IMG/VR virus record: IMGVR_UViG_3300036987_000088
Coordinates: 1 to 30,682 of that record
DNA length: 30,682 nucleotides
DNA from: a virus
Taxonomy: Duplodnaviria > Caudoviricetes
Reading direction: 5' to 3' (one strand)
Shown here: one piece after another, positions 1 to 7,616 of the stretch
How the letters are laid out: the number at the start of each line of letters is the position of its first letter
Numbering within the stretch: position 1 is the first letter of the stretch
Made by a program: the position numbers and the translations under genes
The notes under the pieces: model-generated
Database searches by the model: none
Told to the model about the DNA's origin: nothing
The model's input: only the letters and a program-made list of their open reading frames with translations

Positions 1-1
1 G

Positions 2-37
2 GAATTCTGTGGTGACGAGAACGGGTCTGAGGGCCAT
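2..37 (-). CDS. 5' end of a probable DUF6948-like phage protein (runs off the left edge)
   Basis: ATG at 37 with AGGA upstream; reads MALRPVLVTTEF..., like the N-terminus of the small protein that usually accompanies Gly-Tyr repeat genes in phages; only 12 codons are visible. Confidence 0.45.
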   Translation of the reverse strand, partial: MALRPVLVTTEF

Positions 38-104
38 ATCAAAATCCTATGTTGTCGAAGCCGATCGCTTCGTGGTGCCGTCTGGCGGCGGCACGGCGAA
101 GGGC

Positions 105-371
105 TCAGCCGTCGCCGTAGCCGTCGCCGGAGCCGTAGCCGGAGCCGGAGCCGTCGCCGGAGCCGGAGCCGTCGCCGTAGCCGGAGCCGTCGCCGTATCC
201 GTCGCCGGAGCCGTAGCCGGAGCCGGAGCCGTCGCCGGAGCCGGAGCCGGAGCCGTCGCCGTAGCCGTAGCCGTAGCCGTAGCTGTCGCCGTAGCCGTAG
301 CCGTAGCCGTAGCCGTAGCCGTAGCACTGTCCACGCACCCGGAGGATTCCCGTCTCGCTGGTCTGGCTCAT
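105..371 (-). CDS. Gly-Tyr/Gly-Ser/Gly-Asp dipeptide-repeat phage protein (88 aa)
   Basis: ATG at 371 after GGGGA and downstream of the PL promoter; MSQTSETGILRVRGQC followed by (GY/GS/GD)n. Confidence 0.7.
   Translation of the reverse strand: MSQTSETGILRVRGQCYGYGYGYGYGYGDSYGYGYGYGDGSGSGSGDGSGSGYGSGDGYGDGSGYGDGSGSGDGSGSGYGSGDGYGDG
107..324. repeat. Hexamer tandem array GCCGTA/GCCGTC/GCCGGA
   Basis: Directly visible; about 36 in-phase hexamers encoding Gly-X dipeptides on the minus strand. Confidence 0.95.
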
Positions 372-404
372 CTCGGTATCCCCGTTCGCTCTGGAACTGA
401 CGAG

Positions 405-466
405 ATATTGCGCTAATCGCAATCGCATGTCAAGCACGGGCACAAAAATAATTGCGAAAATCGCAC
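405..466 (-). promoter_or_regulatory. PL-like promoter with two operators
   Basis: TTGACA (433-428), 17 nt, CAATAT (410-405); operators TTGCGC-TAA-TCGCAA (408-422) and TTGCGA-AAA-TCGCAC (452-466). Confidence 0.75.
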
Positions 467-516
467 GCGAGAACCCAAGCCAAATGCTGTCGCGCGAAAA
501 CTATTTCAGTTTTTGG

Positions 517-1194
517 TTATTTCGAGCGCTTCCGAGCCGGCGCGTAGGCGTAAATCACGACGGCCGTAATCCTGACGGCGCCGGACTCTATATCCGCATT
601 GGTCACTAGCAGGGGCTCTTGCCATCGGGGGTCGTCGGAATCGAACCACAATTCGAGCCCGCCGGGGGTCTGGCGATATTTCCTCGCCGTGGTCTCGACC
701 GTATCGACGCGGGACCGTTCGACGATCACGAAATCGTCAGGCTCAGGCGCGAGCGTGGCGTCCCCGATCTCGACACATCGTAAAAGAGACCCGTGTCGGG
801 CAAAGCGATTGATGCTCGCCCCCTCGACAATAACGTCGAATTGGTCAGCGACGCCGAACCGCGGGTCAGGGGGAAAATAGCTATGCTCGCGACTGACCGT
901 CAATGACCCTGCTGCGCTCTCGCGCCAAACCCCTGGTGATACAATCGCCCGAATGAAAATCGGGAACTGTTCATAATCACCATGTCCCAAATATGTCAAT
1001 CCGAGATCCGGCAATGGCTCGCCGAGGTAGGCCGAAATTATCGGCAACTCATTCGTCTGGATTCGTCGCGGTTCCGGGCCTTGCGGGTTCAGCATCCGGG
1101 TAACTGCCGACGGGTTCACGCCGAGCGCTTTTGCAAGCCCTCGCCTTGTTTTCCCAGGTTTTTCTAAGCCCTTTATAACCCACTCGATCAGCAT
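517..1194 (-). CDS. cI: CI/LexA-like repressor (XRE HTH plus S24 domain)
   Basis: HTH RRGLAKALGVNPSAVTRML; S24-like VEGASIN...PDDFVIVER...ETTARK...LWFDSDDPRWQEP; divergent from a cro-like gene; start could be 1212; the 1512 start in the ORF track is too long. Confidence 0.85.
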   Translation of the reverse strand: MLIEWVIKGLEKPGKTRRGLAKALGVNPSAVTRMLNPQGPEPRRIQTNELPIISAYLGEPLPDLGLTYLGHGDYEQFPIFIRAIVSPGVWRESAAGSLTVSREHSYFPPDPRFGVADQFDVIVEGASINRFARHGSLLRCVEIGDATLAPEPDDFVIVERSRVDTVETTARKYRQTPGGLELWFDSDDPRWQEPLLVTNADIESGAVRITAVVIYAYAPARKRSK

Positions 1195-1239
1195 GAATTG
1201 AGGATATTGCATTTCTGCCGTCCGTTGGAATCGCACGGA

Positions 1240-1287
1240 TTGCGAAAGCGCTTGACATGCGCTTGCGACTATCGCAACAGTGCGAAT
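1240..1287 (+). promoter_or_regulatory. PR-like promoter with operator
   Basis: TTGACA at 1252-1257; perfect palindrome TTGCGA-CTA-TCGCAA at 1263-1277; extra half-site TTGCGA at 1240. Confidence 0.75.
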
Positions 1288-1524
1288 ATGAAAGATCAGG
1301 CGAAGCGCATCATCGAAAAATTCGGCGGGGCTCCTCGGGTGGCCGAACTGCTCGGGATCGATCCGTCGAGACCATATCGCTGGACCTATCCGAGGTCGCG
1401 TGGGGGCAGTGGTGGGATTATCCCAGCCCGCTACCACGATGAGCTTCTCCGAAAAGCCCGGGAGCACGGCGTGCCTCTGATGCCGAGCGACTTCTTCGAC
1501 CAGCCTGGACAAGCGGCGGAGTGA
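1288..1524 (+). CDS. cro: Cro-like transcriptional regulator (78 aa)
   Basis: IIEKFGGAPRVAELLGIDPSRPYRW...GG.IP motif typical of alphaproteobacterial phage Cro-like proteins; divergent from cI. Confidence 0.85.
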   Translation: MKDQAKRIIEKFGGAPRVAELLGIDPSRPYRWTYPRSRGGSGGIIPARYHDELLRKAREHGVPLMPSDFFDQPGQAAE

Positions 1525-1763
1525 CTATGGCAAACTCCCATTACGACCACTACGAAGCCGAGGCGAAAGCGCGCCAAGCGTCGGTATGCACGTCGCATCC
1601 GAACGGCACGGTCCGCCAGGACAGCCTCGGTAATTTCGAGATGCGGCTGAACCTCCAATACGGGCCGCTCCGCCTCACCTACAGCCGCGGTGATGCCCTG
1701 AAAATCGCCGACGCGATCTACGCCCTCGATCGTCTGACAGCGCCACAGCGCCCCGAGGAATAA
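1521..1763 (+). CDS. hypothetical phage protein
   Basis: GTGA overlap with cro (alternative ATG at 1527); in operon. Confidence 0.65.
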   Translation: MTMANSHYDHYEAEAKARQASVCTSHPNGTVRQDSLGNFEMRLNLQYGPLRLTYSRGDALKIADAIYALDRLTAPQRPEE

Positions 1764-1765
1764 CA

Positions 1766-2026
1766 ATGCACACCCTCGATAAAATCCCCGCAGAGCAACT
1801 GCTTAACGACGCACTCTACAACGCCGTCGACGAGTTTATCTGCTCGTCCGGCCTCGGTATGAGCGAGATCACCCAAGCAAAGATCGTCGAGCCGCTACTG
1901 CTCGCCGCGTGGGCCGTGCTGAAACGCAACCACGGCATGACCCCGTCGCGGTTCGGAACGTTCATCGGCGCATCGGCCGAAATCCTCGCCGAACAGGAAC
2001 TCTCACCGCAGGTTCTCGACTCATGA
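1766..2026 (+). CDS. hypothetical phage protein
   Basis: GAGGA RBS, 2 nt after the previous stop. Confidence 0.7.
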   Translation: MHTLDKIPAEQLLNDALYNAVDEFICSSGLGMSEITQAKIVEPLLLAAWAVLKRNHGMTPSRFGTFIGASAEILAEQELSPQVLDS

Positions 2027-2181
2027 CCGAATTCACCACCGGGTTTTTCACACTCGCAATGTTCGCGGCTGCGGTCGGCGTCCCATTCATCATCGTGTTC
2101 GGCCAGGATTCCGCGCCGGAGCCGATCAAAGCCAAATCGCTAGACGCGCGGCTCGTCCGTGGCGTCTGGACCATCCGATAG
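2023..2181 (+). CDS. small membrane protein (52 aa)
   Basis: ATGA overlap; hydrophobic FFTLAMFAAAVGVPFIIVF. Confidence 0.6.
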   Translation: MTEFTTGFFTLAMFAAAVGVPFIIVFGQDSAPEPIKAKSLDARLVRGVWTIR

Positions 2182-2189
2182 GTGTTGCT

Positions 2190-2387
2190 GTGCCAGATCA
2201 TCAATCCATCATCCACCCGGGGCACGCCTCCGTGCTCGATCTCCCATTCCAGGCCACTCTCGCAACGCTGTGCGTCGTCTTCGGTGCGCTCGCGGCATTT
2301 TGGCTCGCCGATAATCGCTACGCGCTGCTCGGTGAGTTCGAGCGTCTACGCTGGCACGTCGAGCGAATCGTGAAGGGGCGCAAATGA
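2190..2387 (+). CDS. small membrane protein
   Basis: Hydrophobic ATLATLCVVFGALAAFWLA; in operon. Confidence 0.5.
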   Translation: MPDHQSIIHPGHASVLDLPFQATLATLCVVFGALAAFWLADNRYALLGEFERLRWHVERIVKGRK

Positions 2388-2449
2388 TCGGTTTCTGTCC
2401 TCTCGGAGCCTACCGTGCCCTCTGACTGTCTCACGCGGTAGGCCAACTA

Positions 2450-2489
2450 GCGCCGGGTCTGGTGTCCTCCCCGGACCCGGCGCATTTTT
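2450..2489 (+). terminator. Intrinsic terminator (tR1-like)
   Basis: Stem GCGCCGGGTCTGG / CCGGACCCGGCGC followed by ATTTTTG. Confidence 0.7.
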
Positions 2490-2767
2490 GTGTATGACGG
2501 TGTTATTCACCGCCGAGATGTAGCAGCGCAAGAGCACCGATAACAATCGTGAGCTTGTGGCTGTCGCAGCGGTGCGCACGATATTTGCGCATCGCATCAT
2601 CGATAAATTCGACGACCGCCAAGTCGTCGCAAATCATGTCCGATCTTAGCGCGCGCCAACGCGCAAGATCGTGCATTACATAGCGGGCCGCCAGCCCAGC
2701 AGTGACAAATGGGAGGGTGTCGTCGTCGTCGTTTTCCATGGTCCAAATACAACATGGGAGCGATGAC

Positions 2768-3163
2768 ATGAGCATCCACCGCGAATGGATAAATGAGCCG
2801 AAGATGGACGCCACGTTTGAAAATTTAGCCCGCAAATGGGTGATTGATTTAGAGGACGCGGAATCACGAGACACTGGGCAGACCGTCAGGGAAGCCCGAA
2901 AAGTGGTCGCCCGGAAAACAGGAGTCGCAACAGGGACCCTCGAAAACATCCACCGCGGACGGCTCAAACGGATAGGCGCGACAATAGCCGACAAGCTGCA
3001 AGCGTACATGGTCCGCAACCTACAATCAGAGATAGCAAAGAAGCAGAATGACCTGGAGATGGTTCTTAGGTGCCGTGGGGGCGCAAGTGGAAATGAAGTG
3101 GCTGAGTTGCGAGCGGCTATCGCGCGCGCTCAGAGCCTCGTTGATCAAGTGGTGGTTAAATGA
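2768..3163 (+). CDS. HTH DNA-binding protein at a CII-like position
   Basis: GGGAG RBS; HTH-like ARKVVARKTGVATGTLENIHRGR followed by a coiled coil. Confidence 0.7.
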   Translation: MSIHREWINEPKMDATFENLARKWVIDLEDAESRDTGQTVREARKVVARKTGVATGTLENIHRGRLKRIGATIADKLQAYMVRNLQSEIAKKQNDLEMVLRCRGGASGNEVAELRAAIARAQSLVDQVVVK

Positions 3164-3185
3164 CTTATGATTTGGAGCGCGGGTA

Positions 3186-3500
3186 ATGAGCAACATGGCA
3201 TCTCGCCGCGTCGGTATCGCCGACACGATCGATGAATACGATATGCTCATTCGCGAGCACAACGAGTCGAAAGCGGACACGTTCACGTGCTACCGCGCCG
3301 ACCTCGAAAAGGAGGGGATGTCGAAGGAGCAGATCAAGGCCGAGCTCGCAGCGTTGAAGGCCGCGATCCGCCGCCGACAAAAGGCGGTTGTGGACCCGCA
3401 GGCTGTAGAATTCCAGGCCGCACTCGTGGACGAAATCTATGAGCAGCTGAAAACTGGCACGCCAAATGCGATCGTGCGCGGCGCGCGAGGCCAGCAATGA
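3186..3500 (+). CDS. divergent GapR/DUF2312-like DNA-binding protein
   Basis: All-helical; ...ADLEKEG...ALKAAIRRRQK...EFQAALVDEIYEQL resembles GapR; GGAG RBS. Confidence 0.5.
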   Translation: MSNMASRRVGIADTIDEYDMLIREHNESKADTFTCYRADLEKEGMSKEQIKAELAALKAAIRRRQKAVVDPQAVEFQAALVDEIYEQLKTGTPNAIVRGARGQQ

Positions 3501-3910
3501 CCCGCGCCGAAGCGCTCGACGCCGTCGATGGTCGATATCCGGCAAAACGGAAGAGGATCGAGGAAAAGCTCCAAATCGCGGTCGTGGAATACATGCGGAT
3601 CGTGCTCGACCCTAAGCGCTACAAGGTGGTGTCGATCCGCAATGAGGGGAAGCGGAGTGCTCGCGAAGGCGCGCTGGCGAAGGCCATGGGCCTCGAGCCC
3701 GGCATCACGGACCTCGTCATCATCGGCCCACTCGGCGCGTCATGGTGGATCGAGATGAAAACCGAGTCTGGCAAGCTGTCCGACGAGCAAGCCGAAATCC
3801 GCGCATGGATGGCGGCGAATGGCGTACCACATGCACTGTGCAGGTCGATCGACGATGTGCGTGTGGCGCTCGCGGCGTGGAACATCCCGACACGCGAGGC
3901 CACGACATGA
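3497..3910 (+). CDS. VRR-NUC (PD-(D/E)xK) nuclease
   Basis: E..LQ, NEG, GLEPGITDLVI, WIEMKTESGKLSDEQ motifs. Confidence 0.9.
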   Translation: MTRAEALDAVDGRYPAKRKRIEEKLQIAVVEYMRIVLDPKRYKVVSIRNEGKRSAREGALAKAMGLEPGITDLVIIGPLGASWWIEMKTESGKLSDEQAEIRAWMAANGVPHALCRSIDDVRVALAAWNIPTREATT

Positions 3911-4452
3911 GCGCGCTGCGCACGTCACTGCAAATCGACCCGTCAGAGGTCCGCTATATCTCCCCACGCGATGTATCGGCGCACCGGCGCGCGCTCATGA
4001 ATGGTGCCGAGCCGGTCGCTGAAAATTTCTACCCGCCAGACTTCGGCAACGGCGCCGCAGTTGTGTTCGGGTCGTGGGATACAGACGACGACATGGGGCC
4101 TATCGAGGCGGCGAAGGCTACGGGAAAGCTCGTTGTCGATACCAGATCGTGCCGCATCGCCGACCATAGAGGGCGGTGCGTCAGTATGGGCCGCCGAGAC
4201 AAGCCGGCAAAAGCTTTCATCATGGTTGCGACAATGATCGGCGCCCCCGCCATGAGAATGCTTTCGACCGATCTTATCGACGTGCTGTGGAATGGCAAGC
4301 GGAGCGATCCGACCCACATCGATGCAGCACGGCGCAACCTATCGGTGGTCGTTCTGACCGCCCGTATCGCCGTTAATCTGCTCGGGCTCGAAATCGTCAA
4401 CTGCCACGGGTTCGGATACAAGATCCGGCCAAAAACGGGAGTGCGGGGATGA
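3907..4452 (+). CDS. protein with a C-terminal OmpR/PhoB-type winged-helix DNA-binding domain
   Basis: ATGA overlap; LIDVLWNG...NLSVVVLTARIAVNLLGLEIVNCHGFGYKI. Confidence 0.65.
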   Translation: MSALRTSLQIDPSEVRYISPRDVSAHRRALMNGAEPVAENFYPPDFGNGAAVVFGSWDTDDDMGPIEAAKATGKLVVDTRSCRIADHRGRCVSMGRRDKPAKAFIMVATMIGAPAMRMLSTDLIDVLWNGKRSDPTHIDAARRNLSVVVLTARIAVNLLGLEIVNCHGFGYKIRPKTGVRG

Positions 4453-4682
4453 CGGCCCCAATCGATCCCCCGGCACACTCAAAAATCGCATCGCACCGGG
4501 CATTCATGGGCTCGGTCCGCCACATGCTCAGCACTGGCGGGCGGCCGCACAAACAGCGCGAACTCGAGCTGTTGCGCGCCGGTGCGGACCGTATGGACAG
4601 GCTCATCGATTGGCTCGACGAGAACCGCGAGGCTATCGCGCGGGTTGTCGAGGCCGGCAAAGAACGCGGAGACGAGGCGTGA
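4449..4682 (+). CDS. hypothetical phage protein
   Basis: ATGA overlap. Confidence 0.65.
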   Translation: MTAPIDPPAHSKIASHRAFMGSVRHMLSTGGRPHKQRELELLRAGADRMDRLIDWLDENREAIARVVEAGKERGDEA

Positions 4683-4867
4683 ACGTAGCGGCCGCAATCG
4701 AGAGACTCGGCGAGATCGAGCGCTCAATCCAGATACCGAGCAGGCCAGGGCAGAGGGAGATTGCTCTACAGGCGGTCCATGACCTTCGCCGGCTGTTCTA
4801 CAGCCTCGCGCTTTGCGAATCGTGTGTCGAGCGTTGTCGTGCCGAGTGGACGAGGTCGGGGCGTTAG
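4679..4867 (+). CDS. hypothetical protein (62 aa)
   Basis: GTGA overlap; MNVAAAIERLGEIERSIQ... Confidence 0.45.
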   Translation: MNVAAAIERLGEIERSIQIPSRPGQREIALQAVHDLRRLFYSLALCESCVERCRAEWTRSGR

Positions 4868-4904
4868 GTTTTGGTTCCCGCGTGGGGGTGATGGCCCATG
4901 CGGC

Positions 4905-4994
4905 GCGAGGTGCGAGCGGTCTCGATTGGAACCCGTGCTCGCTCGCACCTCGCTTCTCCATCAAGCGCCATCATCGGGCGCCAGACAGGGTTCC
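4905..4994 (+). ncRNA. putative c4-like antisense/cis-regulatory RNA upstream of the antirepressor
   Basis: 14-bp perfect stem (4905-4918 / 4940-4953); loop GGAACCC is complementary to GGGTTCC (4988-4994) just upstream of the ant start. Confidence 0.5.
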
Positions 4995-5000
4995 TATGCC

Positions 5001-5708
5001 ATGGAAGATGCTCGTTCGGCAAAAGTTCACGCCCCCGCTCTTTTCGAGATCGCGGAACGCCAAATCTCAGGGTCTGCTATCGCGACGGTGAATGCGCGCG
5101 ACCTGCACGCATTCCTCGATGTCGGAAGGGATTTCTCTAATTGGATCAAGGACAGGATCGAGAAGTACGGATTCACGCAAGACGTTGATTTTGTTAGTTC
5201 GCCAAATTTGGCGAATAATGATTTCAATGGGTTACGTTCTCCGATCGACTATCATCTCAGCCTCGACATGGCGAAAGAACTCGCGATGGTCGAGCGCAAC
5301 GCCAAGGGCAAGCAGGCCCGCCAGTATTTCATCGAGTGCGAGCGCCAGCTGAAAGGGAGGCCCGCGCCGGCCGCGATCGCGATCATGGCGCCGAAGGCCG
5401 AAGCCCTCGAGCGTATCGCCGAGGCCGATGGCACGTATTGCCGGACCGACGCGGCGAAGATCCTCAGCATCCCACCACATGTCTTGATCCGATGGCTCCG
5501 CACGAACGAGTGGACCTATCGGCGGGTCGGTATGAAGGACGATCTCGCCTACCAGGCGCGTATCGCCTCATGTGTGCTCGACCACAAGATCGAGACGTTC
5601 GACAAGGCCGGCGGGTCGGTGGGAAGCCGCACGCAGGTCAGGATCACCGCGAAGGGGCTCACAAAGCTCGCCACGTTCTTCGGCGTGCATGAAGGGCTCT
5701 TCCAATGA
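5001..5708 (+). CDS. antA: phage antirepressor (AntA/AntB N-terminal plus ANT/KilAC C-terminal domain)
   Basis: VNARDLHAFLDVGRDFSNWIKDRIEKYGF, DYHLSLDMAKELAMVERNAKGKQARQYFIECE; C-terminal TDAAKIL...QVRITAKGL. Confidence 0.9.
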   Translation: MEDARSAKVHAPALFEIAERQISGSAIATVNARDLHAFLDVGRDFSNWIKDRIEKYGFTQDVDFVSSPNLANNDFNGLRSPIDYHLSLDMAKELAMVERNAKGKQARQYFIECERQLKGRPAPAAIAIMAPKAEALERIAEADGTYCRTDAAKILSIPPHVLIRWLRTNEWTYRRVGMKDDLAYQARIASCVLDHKIETFDKAGGSVGSRTQVRITAKGLTKLATFFGVHEGLFQ

Positions 5709-5923
5709 ACATATCGTTCGCCATTGCCAACGCCGTTACGGACACGAGACGCCAGATTGCGATGATCTCCGAGAACAGGTCTCAAATCTTGATAATGCGG
5801 AGGTGGGAGCAAGGCGCCGATACCGCGCAAATAGCGCACGAGCTGCGCCTGCACGAGGCCGCTGTCTACGCGATCACGAGCGCGCGGCGGGCGCGCGTGG
5901 CGAACGACGGCGGGAAGGTATGA
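5705..5923 (+). CDS. small HTH protein
   Basis: ATGA overlap; WEQGADTAQIAHELRLHEAAVY. Confidence 0.65.
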   Translation: MNISFAIANAVTDTRRQIAMISENRSQILIMRRWEQGADTAQIAHELRLHEAAVYAITSARRARVANDGGKV

Positions 5924-5930
5924 GCGCCCC

Positions 5931-6761
5931 ATGTCTGTAATCGCCGATCTTATCAGAGCTGGTGTCGCCCCAGATCTTGTGGCTGCTGTCGCGGAAGAGA
6001 TCGCCGCCGCACGTGCGGCTGGCGCGCGCGAGGCATCTCTAGATCTATCTGCTTCGTCAGCTATCGACGCACGCCGCGCCAATGACCGAGATCGCAAAGC
6101 TCGCCAGCGTCACGTGACATCACGTGACATCACGGGACATCACGTGACATCACGTGATGTCACGGGACATCACGTGACATCACGTGATGTCACGGGACAA
6201 TCGGACACCCCTTCCCCGATAAAAGAAAGGTCCCCCACACCCCCTAAAGAAAATTACCCTATCCTGGATCTCCCCCCTTCACCTCCTTCGGAGGTTCAGG
6301 ACCCCAACCCGAAATCCTCCAACCGCGGAACTTCGCTCCCGGCAGACTGGCAGCCTTCGGACGATCTGCTTGCCTACGGCCGGACTCTCGGCCTGACCGA
6401 TCCACAATCTCGAGAAATCCTCGAAAACATGCGGTTGTGGGCTCACGCGAACAGCAATCGGGCTGTTGCCAAGAAAGCGAATTGGGGCCTTGCCATGCAA
6501 GGCGCCTTGCGGCGCGATGCTCCGAAATATCGCCCTCGCGCCGGTCCAGCGCCGCCGAAACGCAACCCCACTCTCGCCGCCTACGAATCCATCCTCGAGG
6601 ACCGCCGAAATGAACGCGATCGTGAAACCCGACAACAATCCGGGATCGCCAGTGCCGCTGCCGAGATCGTCGGCTCACAAGTTGGGGTTCTTCCGTTCGA
6701 AGATCGAGACGAGTTCGAGGGGCGAGTTATCGATCTCGTCGGATTCCGCACCTACGGCTGA
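5931..6761 (+). CDS. phage replication initiator (O-like)
   Basis: RRANDRDRKARQR, internal repeats, Pro-rich linker, RGTSLPADWQP and KKANW..A motifs typical of alphaproteobacterial phage initiators. Confidence 0.75.
   Translation: MSVIADLIRAGVAPDLVAAVAEEIAAARAAGAREASLDLSASSAIDARRANDRDRKARQRHVTSRDITGHHVTSRDVTGHHVTSRDVTGQSDTPSPIKERSPTPPKENYPILDLPPSPPSEVQDPNPKSSNRGTSLPADWQPSDDLLAYGRTLGLTDPQSREILENMRLWAHANSNRAVAKKANWGLAMQGALRRDAPKYRPRAGPAPPKRNPTLAAYESILEDRRNERDRETRQQSGIASAAAEIVGSQVGVLPFEDRDEFEGRVIDLVGFRTYG
6111..6200. repeat. 9 x 10-bp tandem repeats (CACGTGACAT variants), candidate iterons/origin
   Basis: Directly visible inside the initiator gene; contain the palindrome TCACGTGA. Confidence 0.85.
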
Positions 6762-7227
6762 CGAGCGTGCCGGGCTGGCTGGCCGGGAAGTGCGGCTCGC
6801 GAGATGGTTGGCGCCTGCCGGGGACCGCGCGCTCGACCCGCACATCGCCTCGCTCATGGTGTCCTTGCGGTATTCGAGTGAGGCGCCGGAAGACCGCAAA
6901 GCGTTGATGCGGATTTGGGCGGCGGATCTCGCGGATCTACCGCTGTTTGCTGTCGAGCGTGCGTGCACGGATTTCCGGCAGGGGAGGGCCGGCGACGGCA
7001 AGTGGCTACCGACCCAAGCGGAGGTGCGGCGGGTTGCGGTCAAGCACGCCGAGGCGTTCCGCAAGGAGCACACGGTGGTGCAATCTGTGCTCTCCGCTCG
7101 CGTGGTCGATAAGCCGCGCGACGAGGCCGAGCGGAAGCGCATCGCCGACGAAGCGCGGGCCATGGTTCGGCAAGCCGCCGCACGTGCGGCTGGCGCGGAC
7201 CGCCCGAGGCACGAGGTGGCGCTGTGA
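6610..7227 (+). CDS. putative helicase loader/inhibitor-like replication protein
   Basis: Follows the initiator; WAADLADLPLFAVERAC..F..G..WLPTQAEVR motif; GAGGA upstream of ATG 6610. Confidence 0.65.
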   Translation: MNAIVKPDNNPGSPVPLPRSSAHKLGFFRSKIETSSRGELSISSDSAPTADERAGLAGREVRLARWLAPAGDRALDPHIASLMVSLRYSSEAPEDRKALMRIWAADLADLPLFAVERACTDFRQGRAGDGKWLPTQAEVRRVAVKHAEAFRKEHTVVQSVLSARVVDKPRDEAERKRIADEARAMVRQAAARAAGADRPRHEVAL

Positions 7228-7571
7228 GGCCGCGTCGTAGAATCGACGACCCGCCAATTTGGCCGAGGCCGACAGGGGATGAGCGGCTCGCCGCGTTCCG
7301 GTTTTTTGTGAAGCTGCGCGAGTACATGGCTACGACACGTACGTCGGCCTTGCACCTTTCCGAGATTGCCGAGGTGCATACGTTCGGTGTGGATGTCCTG
7401 GCGATCGACCGCCACTTGCACGCGGCCCGGATGGCCCCGCTCATGGTCCCGTCCAAGGGGATCAGCGATTGCCACGAGGGGACCGACCGAGACCAGGTGG
7501 CGCGTGCGATCAGCCGGTTGCGGCCGGCCACGCCGCGCGTTTATCAGCCGCCCGAAACGTGGGGCGATTAA
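7224..7571 (+). CDS. hypothetical phage protein
   Basis: GTGA overlap. Confidence 0.55.
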   Translation: MRPRRRIDDPPIWPRPTGDERLAAFRFFVKLREYMATTRTSALHLSEIAEVHTFGVDVLAIDRHLHAARMAPLMVPSKGISDCHEGTDRDQVARAISRLRPATPRVYQPPETWGD

Positions 7572-7616
7572 CATCTTCCCCCGCCATGAACGGCGGGGTT
7601 TCTCGCGAGGTTTTAA

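Noticed and set aside
9-416. Alternative-frame ORFs of poly(AV/AG) and poly(AT/AP)
   Set aside because: Shadows of the hexamer repeat; only the Gly-X frame has a fitting promoter and RBS
1195-1512. N-terminal extension of the 331-aa cI ORF
   Set aside because: Overlaps cro and the operator region on the opposite strand; the HTH begins after 1194
2503-3018. Antisense 171-aa ORF (possible small gene at about 2503-2740)
   Set aside because: Largely overlaps a better + strand gene; no recognisable motif; the short version cannot be excluded
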